DNA of 64,000 nt, taken from contig BDGG01000004.1 of the NCBI GenBank assembly GCA_001949185.1, positions 3,815,777 through 3,879,776 on the forward strand, given 5' to 3'. The DNA is from Ramazzottius varieornatus (lineage: Eukaryota; Animalia; Tardigrada). Under the pieces are notes generated by a model that was not told the origin of the DNA, made no database searches, and worked only from the letters and a program-made list of their open reading frames with translations. Below are positions 13,657 through 24,900 of the stretch, piece by piece; the stretch's first letter is position 1, and every line of letters begins with the position of its first letter. Both the position numbers and the translations under genes were made by a program.

Positions 13657-14511
13657 TCACATCTCTGTCGACCACGAAAGCCAAGTAGCGAACCGGAAGT
13701 TCATACTTTCACACGTTAGTCGCCACAGGAAGACCGACAAAGTACTCGGTCTCGCGCAGTTTTCTCGAAAACGATGGTGGAACACGAGTATACAATCGTG
13801 GAACTTCCACGATTCTGGAAGTCCAGTTTCAGTGGGCGTAAACCAGAAACAGAACAGAGAAAAGAGCTCTGTTCTGTTCTGTTTCTGCTTCTCCTGGAAC
13901 TTCAGGCCGCTCTTCCAGGACTTGAACGCTCTTCCAGGACTTGAATGCTCTTCCAGGACTTGAACGCTCTTCCAGGACTTGAACACTCGGGACTCAAAGT
14001 CAAGCTTCGAGTCCCGAAACGGTAAGAATTCGAAGATCGTTTGCTCACTGTGCTGGGTGTTGACTACTAACCGTTGCAAACGAAATACATCAAAGTGGTT
14101 AAAGATGTCCAAATGAAGACCGCGAGGAACAAACGCCCATGTTGACTCTGCCTCCGTCGCTCCGTGTTCATCCACCGTTGTCGAACGAGTACATCTTCCG
14201 CTCACCTGCCATTGGCTCTCCTGTGAGGCTGCTTTCACATCCTGTTTCGATTGAAAGACCGTTCTCCTCAAATTCCCGGGAGATCCCAACAGAATATGCT
14301 TGAAATCTTTTAGCTTGATAGGGAAGAAAAAACACCCAGTGATTTGCCACGGATCATTGTGGACCATCAATGCATCTTCGTCACAGGACCATGACACCAC
14401 AACCTCGGGAGCGTTCTCCTGGACCTGCATGGAAGCTGTTTCTCGTAGTTTAGTTGGGATGAGTTCCAGAGATCCCGCGGGAGAGAATTCGAAGAAGGGA
14501 GCATAGATCAC
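13657..14511 (-). CDS. Orphan ORF (284 codons), function unknown; may be a partial or decaying gene
   Basis: 855-nt stop-free frame, much longer than chance ORFs in the intergenic DNA here. First ATG gives MQVQENAPE. No recognisable domain; the distal part runs through a tandem repeat and hairpins. Confidence 0.35.
   Translation of the reverse strand: MIYAPFFEFSPAGSLELIPTKLRETASMQVQENAPEVVVSWSCDEDALMVHNDPWQITGCFFFPIKLKDFKHILLGSPGNLRRTVFQSKQDVKAASQESQWQVSGRCTRSTTVDEHGATEAESTWAFVPRGLHLDIFNHFDVFRLQRLVVNTQHSEQTIFEFLPFRDSKLDFESRVFKSWKSVQVLEEHSSPGRAFKSWKSGLKFQEKQKQNRTELFSLFCFWFTPTETGLPESWKFHDCILVFHHRFRENCARPSTLSVFLWRLTCESMNFRFATWLSWSTEM
13908..13983. repeat. Minisatellite, 4 x 19 bp (CGCTCTTCCAGGACTTGAA)
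   Basis: Four adjacent near-perfect copies with one C>T change. Confidence 0.95.
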
Positions 14512-15113
14512 GAATACCGTCTTATTCCGAAAACGTAATGTAATATTGTTTTGTTTGGACAGCGGACTAGCGTATCGCGGTCAGCGTGCAGTCGCCTAAT
14601 CGAACGATTGATTCTTTGATTGATTAGCTCATTCCATCATAATTTACATAACTTTTAACGTGTTAATATTACGTTTGATATGACGTGACACCCAAAAACT
14701 GCGACACAAGAGTCGACATCACACGCTGACATGACAGTGTGTCCAAATTATTTCAAATCTTCTCTGTCTAACACTGAACACCTGTTCCGCTGGTCGTGTG
14801 AGGCCCGAGCCTAAAAAGCGGGTAGTTTAGTTTGCCAGAAATGAATCATAAAGACATCAGTGAAACAAACTAGAGTGAATAAACAATTATACCGTTCGCA
14901 AGGGCTAATACCGCACATGTTAAGAGCACCGTAGCATTCGATCAGAAAACCTTAACAACTTCAACACTAGAAGAAAACACGCGAAAAACTAGAACAAAAC
15001 TCCCTGTGGGACAAGACCCCGCAGGAAACAGTAGTAAATCAAGCCAACGTCTAATGTCACACATGCGAAACAGGAGGTTCGTGTCGCGGTTGGCACTCAG
15101 TTTCCGTGCCAAG

Positions 15114-18100
15114 TTACCTGTCCTCCGAGAAACCGTTCTGGAAGTTCGAAGCCTCGCCCGAGTGAACGACGGACGCCAGAGCCTGCTGAAGACCGTCCCT
15201 TACTGCGTCGGGCATAGTATTGAATGTGTCTTCTGCAGAAACAGTGGTCCATTTAAGAATTCATGTTCGGTCTGAACTTCCATCAGCCACTCTCTTGCAT
15301 AAACCCAGTGAGTTTCGAAGAAATCTCAGCTTACCGATCTCTAGGCACATTCTTTTGTATTCGCCGAGTTTCCCGTTAGACGGATCCAAAGCGACCATTC
15401 GTAGCAGCGCCTGAACGGCGACGGCATACTTGCCTAAAGAAAAAACTGTAACCATGTAGGGAGCTCTAATGGTCTATATGACATACCAATATCAGGCTTA
15501 CGTTACTCGTACCTTTCTTATGGTAAGTTTCGAAGATAACACGTTGGCAGTCGAAGGACGGTATGTCCAGCGAAAGAAGGGGCCGTAGGAAGTAGGAGGC
15601 TTGTTCTAATGGATCATCTGGCTGAAATGACCAGCAAACAGTCATACCTGTATTCCAAGACTCGTGCTAACGATTCAGCCGATGACTTACCCTAGCTAAC
15701 TTTTCAGGAACAAGGTCCTCCTTTTGAGCAGCTGCAGGCTCGTCATCGTCTTTGACTTTGGCTTTAACTGTCACCTTGGCTTTGTCCGCGGCTTCTTGTT
15801 GTACTCGTTCCTCTTCCGCCTTCTTCTTGGCTTTCCGTTGCTTGTTGCGTAACTTCTTCTTCTCGGCTGCGGATAGCGACGGATCCTTGTCCAGTCCGTC
15901 ATCGTCAGAATCGTTTGGTTGCTTGTCACTGATCTGAAGGTAAATCTAGGGAAAACAGCTCGCGGTCATTCTATTTTCAAGACATTGATCTCAACCAGTT
16001 CCTGTCGTAGCTATTTCCTAAACTATTTCAGTGTTAGTACTAAGGATGGTGTCTGGCGAACCAACCTTAGTAAGGGTTCCTTACCTCTGCCGCAAGAACT
16101 GCGGCCTGAACGTAGAACTTGTGTATCCTGACGGAGTCCTCCATTCTAAGCAGCGCCACATAGCTTCTTATCGTGGACTTCCGAAGGCAATAAGCATGAA
16201 AGTCAAGTTGGTCGTCGACGATATCCATAAAGTGCTACAAGGCAACGATACAAAAACTTGAAGGGTGAAAAAGTTTGGAATTGTATAGTGGATGATTTCG
16301 TCTTACTCGATCTATCAAGTGCAGTAACCTTAATGATTCCCCGAATCGGTTCACGCGTTTCAAGGCACGGGCGCTTTCGATCATGTACCAAAAGCACTGC
16401 ATATCACAAAGGCTTTCCGAGGCTTTCACACCTTCCTGAAAAGACAGAGGACCAAATTTATAAAGGATAAAATCGAAGTGTTAAAGCGTATATAGGTACA
16501 TACTCTGGTGAACCGGCTAAGAATGGCTTCAGCTCGATCAAACATGTTAGCACGCAACATATACTTCCCCGTTTTATAATTGATAAAACGGTCCGAGGTA
16601 TCGAATGACTGCGCTTCTTCCATGCAGTTTGCCGCGTCTTGCAACTTTCCCATGTGCTACAAAACACTCAGTGGTCAATCATTTAGCGTTGAGCCGATTC
16701 TGTAATAGCACATATCTACATTGCAGAACAGAGAAGGGCCTGAAAAGCCAACTCGTAAAGTACCTTCAAAATTTTGGCCTTGAAACAGTAGGCTTCGACG
16801 AGAGTCGGTGTGTGCTCGATGGCCATCTCAACGTACTCCATGGCTCTTTGGTAGTCTTTCTTCATGTCTCTGTGCTGTGCAAGAAAGTAATATATCCACA
16901 AAATCGTGCTGGCAGGAACTTCATCTGGACCTGAAAGAGCTCACAGTTTCCCGCACAGTCACACCAGTATATCAAATTCACTGTCGCACCGTTCAGAGGA
17001 GGCGGGTTGGCGATGTACTGTCTGGATTCTTCCAGAAGTCTTAGGGTTTCTTCTTCTACGATATCGGACTAAAAAAAACACGAGCTTCAAGTGATGTAGC
17101 AAGGACAGGAATAAACAAGTTCTGTCAGATCTCGGTTCAAGGACTTACCTTTTCCGGGACTTCGAAGACCTTCTTGATGTCATTAAACAGTGCCGGTAGT
17201 CCCTTCCGGAACCCCAATGCGAGATAGTTCCTTACTCTTCTCCTGAACTCATCACCTGCAACTCCCCATCAGGCACTGAAAAATGCACAGTCGCCAATAA
17301 CACGAAATGTCTTTCTAACCTTCAGTAAGAGTCAGTGGGATCTTGAAAGGCGTCTTTGCGTGCGGTATAGCCTTTTGAAGTTCCAGGCAAAACTCCATTA
17401 GACTGTTGGCCCCATCTGTGAAACAATTTCCACGGTACAACCAATTTTCCAAGGTCTAAGGTTTACAGGATGACAAGCGTACACGTACCTAAAGGGAACG
17501 TTAACTGGCGGTAGTAGGCCCAGTTTTCCGGGTTGCGAGTGATCAAACCAGACAAAATACTGTTAGCTTCTTTGCTGTTTCCCAGAGCTAAATAGCACTT
17601 GACTACAAACGAAAGACGGGTGTCAGTTTACAGCAAGACACTCGAGAAACAAAGCAACACGTGATCGAAGTTACCTCGAGTTTCAAGAAGTGAGAGTTGG
17701 TCATAGACGTACGACTCGTATCGGAGAGAGTGCTCAACGGCCTCGTTGTACGAGCCAGATTCGACCATTAGTTCCAACTGGTACAGAATATATTCTCCGT
17801 ACTCCACATCACATTCGTCCATCCGCTCAGGATGTGCCAGTTTCCGACATTCTTCCATAACCCGAACTGCCAGCGAAAGCTCACCCTGCAGATGTAGAGC
17901 GACGGCGTATGCTAGCCAGTGACTACGCTGACTCGGTCTCAAAGCTGCTATCCGGTATCTCGTGTCCCGAAATCCTTCGAGGTCCCGCAACTGGATCTGT
18001 GAAGTGGCCAGGTCTCGCAATATCTGAAGATTATCCTGCGAGCATAAAACGAACTTCGACATTGTTCTGAGAAAGTACTGTGAGGCGGTAGTATTGAATG

Positions 18101-18705
18101 TTACAACATTGAATATTCTATCACACTAACTTTGTCGAACTTCAAAGCGTTCACATAGCATTTCATCGCTTCTTCATATTTCTTATCGCCTTTCTGAAGC
18201 AATCCGTAAATATGCCAACCTACAGCGCAAAATCACAGTAGAAATACGTGAACTGAAAGCAGTCGGAAATTGTGATTCAGTTTGCCCAATGACTTACAGA
18301 CATAGCTCTTTAGATCGTGCTTCAAGCCTCGTCTGACATCCTCGTATGCTTCTTCCTTTCGTCCCATGTAACTCAACGTCAACCCCTTCATCGCGAGAGT
18401 TTCTGCAAAGCAGGATCACGATTAAATACAAAGTACCGCGAAAAACTGAAGGCAAACGTGATTGCGTAGTCTAGAATGTGTGGCGACGTACCTCCGTGGT
18501 CGGCAGCTTTAGGGTTGCTCAAAATCTGCTTGGCGATTTTCAAGGCCGTCTTGTACTGCTTTTGTTCGTACATTTTCTGAAGAGTAAGCGATTAGTGCGG
18601 CGGTACGGAAACAAACGCGCACCTCGAGCTTACCAGTAGACGCTTGAAGAGCGCTGCTTCTTTCGGCGGAAGTGTGGAGTTATGATTTTCGGCAACACCC
18701 GTCAT
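15114..18705 (-). CDS. NAA15: N-alpha-acetyltransferase auxiliary subunit of NatA (NAA15/16, TPR protein)
   Basis: Spliced N-terminus [49 protein letters not shown]. Also [49 protein letters not shown] and the Lys-rich segment [18 protein letters not shown]. The 3' end is less certain. Confidence 0.92.
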
Positions 18706-19366
18706 CTTGCTCCGGATATCGCAGAACTTTCAGGACAAGCTAGGCGATCAATACAGTCCGATGAGCTAACCGCGGTCTTCGATGCCAGCGGCGAATGCCT
18801 CGCGTGAGCAGGTACTCAAAAGGCGATCTAATGGACACAAATAGGTTAGATATCGAAGACAGAAAGGCAGACAGCAGAATGGTGACAGTATGGTTTTACT
18901 TTCCTGCCAAGGTAAACACGCTGATACGCTGCCGCGATCCACGCACAAAACGATAATCCGTAAATTCACAATCGCTGCATATAATCCAGGAAACTTCGGT
19001 TGATCTCAACGAGAAAGCCTCATGAGTTCGTCCAAGAATCCAAATCGAAAGTTCGGAAAACTTGAAAACTGTGCCACTCAGGGGCAAAGAAAACGGCCAA
19101 GGGCGGTGCCAATTTTGAGAGACCTCGCGCCTCGCGGGTCACCTCTCCCCTACCGGCCCTACGGGTTACGGCCAACCTTAGTTTTGGTTTTGATCTCTTC
19201 CGGACTTCCAGTCTTCATCTAGTGTTCATCTACAAGATCTTCGGGCCTTGATTCATTCATACCTTGGTGGACTCCAGTCGATCGAATTTACGGGCATCGG
19301 GGCACCTTCTGTCGGCAGTCAACATGCGCAAGGGAATCTGAAGTTGCATTGAAGTTGGACAGCAAA
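18706..19366. promoter_or_regulatory. Probable bidirectional promoter and 5' UTRs between NAA15 and SERAC1
   Basis: Head-to-head start codons about 660 nt apart. Inferred from gene arrangement only. Confidence 0.55.
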
Positions 19367-21684
19367 ATGGATCCAGTGGAAAGGACTGCCTTCTCGTTTT
19401 GGAGACGGAAAAAAAACCTGGTAATCACCGCGTTTGGTACATTCGTGGTTGGACTCGCGACCGGTGGAGTTTCCCTCTACGTCTTCTACAAATTTCGGAG
19501 CGCTGAGATCCTTCCTACCGTTGTACACGACAATACAGGGAAGTACATTTACGTACCTAGAGAATCACAGCGTCCGGAAATGCCACGGGCTATTGAGCGT
19601 TTCTCTACGCGAGTGGAGAAGTTTCGTCCGGAAATTTTCCGACCGGCGAATTTGCTGCAGTCTACGGTCGACCCGCTATGGCGTCGTCAGCTCATTGAGG
19701 AGATGACCCTCCACCAGTGGACGGACTCGGAAGCGTACCGGATATCCCAGAAAGCATTCGCCAGTCCGGAAATTATGGTGGCTGTTGCACGCAGCCAGAA
19801 TTTCAACTCAAAATTACTCTTCAAACCTCCGCGGCTTAAACAAGTCTACTTGAAACCTAGGCATGTGAGAAGTACCTTCCTCATTTTTGCAGGAACATCG
19901 CGAAGTCTCAGACAATGCAAAGTTTGCACGAAGTGTTTATGCGATGCACGGTGTATGAATCGGTCACCCCTTGGTTTCGGCCGATATTAAGGGTGACCGA
20001 CTCATACGCCTTGCCGCCAGATTTATTAATATCGCTTTTTAATTTTGCAGTATCAAAGACGAGCTCGTGCGCATCCTGACAGCCTGTCCCACCGGAAGTG
20101 TTTATTCGAAGCTGGGTAGAAGAAGGGACAAGGTGCTGAGTCTGGCCCGGAAGAAAGATGGGTTACTGAGTGCATTTGGTGTGGTCAACCTAGTGGGTCT
20201 ACCTGACGATATCCAGGTGAACAGGGCTTTGCTTAGCGGTCTAAGTGAGTTTTCGGAAGACGCAAAGTGCGGCGCGATACTTCGAGAAGCCGGAATCATC
20301 CGAGTCCTTCATCGCATCGCTAGCGAATATAATGCTGGCCTTACCATCGAAGACTACCGCTACGTCTCTCGTATTCTTGCCAACGTTTCCGCATACGCGC
20401 TTTCCGAAGACCTCGTCGAGGAACTGTCGAGGTCGGCGCTACTGCCCTTGTTGGCGAAGTGGTCCTCCTCGCCTGACTTGGACCTTTCTCTCCGAGGTAT
20501 GGTACCTTCAAAATGTTCCTGAGCGGACGGTGACTGTTAACAGGTGTTTGCTTCCAGCTGCCAAAACACTTGCGAATCTCGACTTGGATCCAACGCCCAA
20601 TCAGCACGTACTGTATACAAGTGGTGTTTATCTCCTTTACCCTCTCCGCCGTCAAAGACAAGATGCAGTCTTCGACGTGGTGTTTGTCCACGGCTTACGC
20701 GGTAGTGTCCTGAAGACATGGCGACAGAATATACGATCGCTGAAAGAGCTGGACCACAAGGAAATCACGATGAACGAGCCATACCTGTACACACAATGCT
20801 GGCCGAAAGACTGGCTCTCGCTCGATTTCCCCTCTAGTCGCATTGTGGCGGTAGATTACGAGACTTCCTTCATCCAGTCCACGTTCCTGGTACCTACGGA
20901 AAACCCTGAGAGCAACGAGAAGTCACTTGGTACGCCTGAAGCCAACGAAGGTATCCTCAAGCTGCGAAGTATCGATATGCTTCAGAAGCTGAAGCTAGCG
21001 GGTCTTGGCTCGCGTCCTATCCTTTGGATCTCTCACTCCATGGGTGGTATTCTGGTGAAGCAGATGCTGCTGTTGAATAGCCTGGAAGCAAATCCTTCGA
21101 TTGTCGACATGACAGTCGGCTGTGTCTTCTACTCAACGCCCCACACTGGCTCACCTTTCGCAGACCAAATGGCGAAGTGAGTTTACACCATCCAGAGGTT
21201 CTCTCATGCACCTGCATACAGTGACCCGCATGGTAATCGTGGTGTTCGGGTATGCAGGTCCATTGGACACAATTGTTCTTTTACCGCCGACCGCCCATTT
21301 CTCTTGTCTAGCCTTTACATTTTTTCCTCCTCCAGGTACTTTCGCGTCTCCCCGGAAGTCCAAGATCTTCGTATCAACAATCCTTACCTGCTCCAACTTC
21401 AAGACAGTTTCCTGAATCTTGTCGCTCAGCAAAAGTATAGCCTTCTCAGTTTTGGTGAGACCTTGCCTGATTATAGAATTATAACTACGCGTGTTGTACC
21501 AATTGAAAGCTCCAATCCCCGCGTAGGAAAGTTTGTTCGTCTTGACGATGTTACTCATTTGGCATCTTGTAAGCCAGCCAACCCTCGTTCGGCCATGTAC
21601 CTTGAGTTAGTTTCCTTTATTCGAGAGACTCTTGTCAAATCGACTGACCGCGACCGGTCCAAACAAGCGCAACCGAACACGTGA
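19367..21684 (+). CDS. SERAC1: SERAC1, serine active site-containing protein 1 (alpha/beta-hydrolase, phosphatidylglycerol remodelling)
   Basis: N-terminal TM segment and ARM-like region, then DVVFVHGLRGSVLKTWRQ, CWPKDWL, nucleophile motif SHSMGG, FYSTPHTGS and HLASCKP. GT-AG introns. Confidence 0.92.
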
Positions 21685-21917
21685 TTTTTGAGTTTTCATC
21701 TTTATTACGAATGGTTTTTCATGGATTTACATGAAATGTGATACGAAGTTTCGGTTATAACTAGAGAAAAGAAGCACAAGTATAAGCGGAACACAACGTT
21801 TCAGAATTGTCATTGTTTTACGACGGTCACTATTTGTGTCTACAAAGTCCATAAAATATTAATAAAACCAGTAAAAACATCGACCTCGTTCTCAGTTGCG
21901 CGAATATATTAGTTTCC

Positions 21918-24900
21918 CTACTCTTCTTCGTCGTCCTGCGTGTTTATGATTAAGTCGTCATCTTCGTACTGATCATCATCACCCATTGGTATCACAAAAG
22001 AATCTTCCTCAACCACACTTTCAACAGGAGGTAAAAGTCCGCTATTTACATCATCAGTTTTAGTCTCAACCCGAGGAGTTGCTATCAAAGAAGTTGGGAC
22101 GGAGTTAGTGCTGGAGGACCATGCACCAGGTTCTGACTTGTTTACTATCCGTGTCGGCGTTTCGATGACAGAAGTTCCCCACCGAGCGGGCTTCACCAAT
22201 GTTAGTCCGTTCTCTTCGGCCTGGACAGGCTTGGCCTTGTTCTGCTCATAGCAGTCCTTGTGGTAAATCTGAAAGAACGAGTAATTAGGTCAGTTTTCAG
22301 CAAAGACTTCTCGTACGCTGATACGACCGCCACTATAATTGGGAGCTGGGAAAACAAACTCGACCAGGCTGTTTCCCTAAGTAACGAACGCTTTCGGCCA
22401 ACAACCCTGAAGACCTACGTCAATTGGGAAAAGAATATGGTCGGGTTCGTTCGCCGAAATCCCGTATAATCTATACAAAGTTACGTCATATTACACCCCA
22501 TCAATATTCTATGCGGCGGTACTCACATGTACAGATTCGTCGGCTTTGCTGGTGACTTCGACGCCCTCCTTCAGTATCCATTCATCGTCATCTTCGTTCA
22601 ACTCCACAGCGATGTCCTCCAGACAGATTTCGCAATGATTCTGTAAGCAAAATAAATTCCGATCAGATACCCAATTCAACAGGTGGAGTTATGAAGCAAA
22701 TGCTTGGATAAACAGCATTATCAAATTCAACTTTCACAAGAGATGAGCTACAGTACCTTCTGGCTACTTGGAGCAACGGGATTGTAAACTATGCGGAAGT
22801 CAGCAGTTTCGGTTTTGTCGGCTGGAGCCGGTGATTCTGTCAGGCTTTCTTCCTCCACCGCCATCAGCGCTGCTTTGGAGGGACGATACTTGACAATGTA
22901 GTCTGTGAACATTTTGTTCCGGTCTAAAAACGAATAATTGTGTATATGCTCATTCAAGCGCAGCTCAAAGACGTACAGACAAAACGTATACTCACCAGAC
23001 ACAGTCATGTCGCAGTCAAAAGACCTCTCCTCGAGAAACTCTTCAGCGTCAATGTGCCAGTCCGCAGTGTTCACCGCCTCCTTCTCGACCACCCATCCGT
23101 TGTGGTGGATCATCTCCAGGGCGCGAAACGGCCTTTCCTCAGGCCAAGGACCTGCCTCGCAAGGTCTCAGACGAAGTTTCATCAAGAACGGCAAGTAGAG
23201 ACTGTAAAATAGAATCCAACAACAATTAGGCCTAATTCGCACACCAACATGGTTAGCAAGTCAGTCTCGAAAATGGTATCCCAATTTCGTTTCGAAATGA
23301 CGTTGTTGAACTACTCCAATTCACAAAATGTCCTGCGAATTATGTTTAAATATAATAATATTTCAATAATTGTGGTTTGATTTCTAAAAAGAAATTCTTG
23401 GATAATTTTCCAGAGTCAGCGTGATCGCTTACCTGTGTACTATTTCGTCAATTTTTCTCCCTTTCTCTGGTTCTTTTCCTTTTTCGAAAGTTCGAAAATT
23501 CTCCTCCTCTTCGTGGAGTTTCCAGTCAGAGCCGGCCCAGTCCGGTGCGCGAATTTCCATTCTGATGAAGGTTTCGAGATCGAACGGCTCCGGCTTTTTG
23601 GCCTTCTGACGGTCCGTGGTCTTCGACCAGTCCAGACCATTTTCTCCAGTCAACAGCCTGCCCGGTAATGGAGGTACAACGCTAGGAGGCTGCGTGAGGT
23701 CCGCTTCGGGCAGTCGACGCGTCTCGACTGCAGGTGGTGCTGCAACAGCAGGAGCAACCAGTGAGGCAAAAGCTGGAGACGTCAAGATCCGCTGAATCAG
23801 ATCATCCGAGCTCAGAGGATCTTCTACAAAAGAAAAATGTGTTTACCGAGGAACAAGTTATCCTATCAGATCACTTGACGCTATATTTCTCTTTTGGCTA
23901 TAGCTTCTAAAGAATTAACTCAAAGTCTTCCTTCAGTTTCGGATAAACCCCCAGAAACTGTTTCTCGAAAAAGGTAAAACTTTTTGACTGAACTTGTTTT
24001 TTCAATGTTACCTACCTGTAGCGAGAGTGGATGGATCTCCGAAAATTCTGTCATTGAGGGGTTGCGAGCCGATGCAGACTTGCGGCGGAGGACCACCTAA
24101 GCGCACCCGATGGTACTGACCATCAATAAAGAGAGGAGTTTCCGCCGGTTCCGCAAAGTTAATGCGATAAGGAATACCATCAACCACAAGCTCCGAGTTG
24201 GGCCCTCCAAATTTAATTGAATGAAACTTGTTACCGAAGAAAAGGCTACTTTCTTTATCCATGCGGAGACTGGTAGCAATGTGGTCAATATAAACATTCA
24301 CCGCTGGACTGTTATGATTAAAACCGATATCAAAGATCAGACCGTCAATAACCACCACTGGACCAACGTCTTTCACCCAGCGAACTACACGTGCTTGTTG
24401 GTCAATGAAGGCAGTCGACGGATCCTTCTGAGCGTCCACCGGGATCCCCATGGCCGATTGGTCCACCACTGCTCGGAGTTCGTTCATTTCCCGATCCTTC
24501 TCCAGCTTGTCCACCGTTTGTTGGAATGTCATCGAGTTGATCTCCCCGCGTTCCAACTTATCCCTTGCTTCGCTTTTCCCGAAATCGCACAGCTCCTTTG
24601 GAGTCGGCCGTCTTTCTATCGGTGGAGCGGCAATCAGTGGGGAACGTGGCCGGTTGTTGTTGCCCATGTACATGTTGCTCTGTGGAGACCGAGGACCGTA
24701 GCGATCCATCAAGGGAGGACCTCGATCAGGTCCCTTCCATGGTGGGCGTTCCATCTCCATGGCCCTTCTGGGTGGTGCATCGTACGGCCGGTGGACGTTC
24801 TGTCTTGTGAAGCTATGACGCGGGTTATCCATCCCTCGCATTCTGTTCTGCACAGGCGGACGATGCAAAAGTGGTCTTGAATGCCGTTCCGTGCTGACGA

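Noticed and set aside
13380-13840. TGA-interrupted frame read as a selenoprotein or alternative genetic code
   Set aside because: It also contains a TAA, no SECIS was recognised, and neighbouring genes use TGA as a normal stop.
13908-13983. 19-bp repeats as a CRISPR array or heat-shock/STAT element cluster
   Set aside because: There are no spacers and the context is eukaryotic. The units match nGAAnnTTCn or TTCnnnGAA only with mismatches.
14511-15116. Splicing of the short NAA15 C-terminus onto the orphan ORF
   Set aside because: The donor is phase 2, while the nearest upstream acceptor-like AG of the ORF is phase 0 and weak. Joining them gives an early stop.
24221-24880. 219-aa plus-strand ORF and similar antisense ORFs over PHKB and NAA38
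   Set aside because: These are shadow ORFs on the opposite strand of real coding exons.
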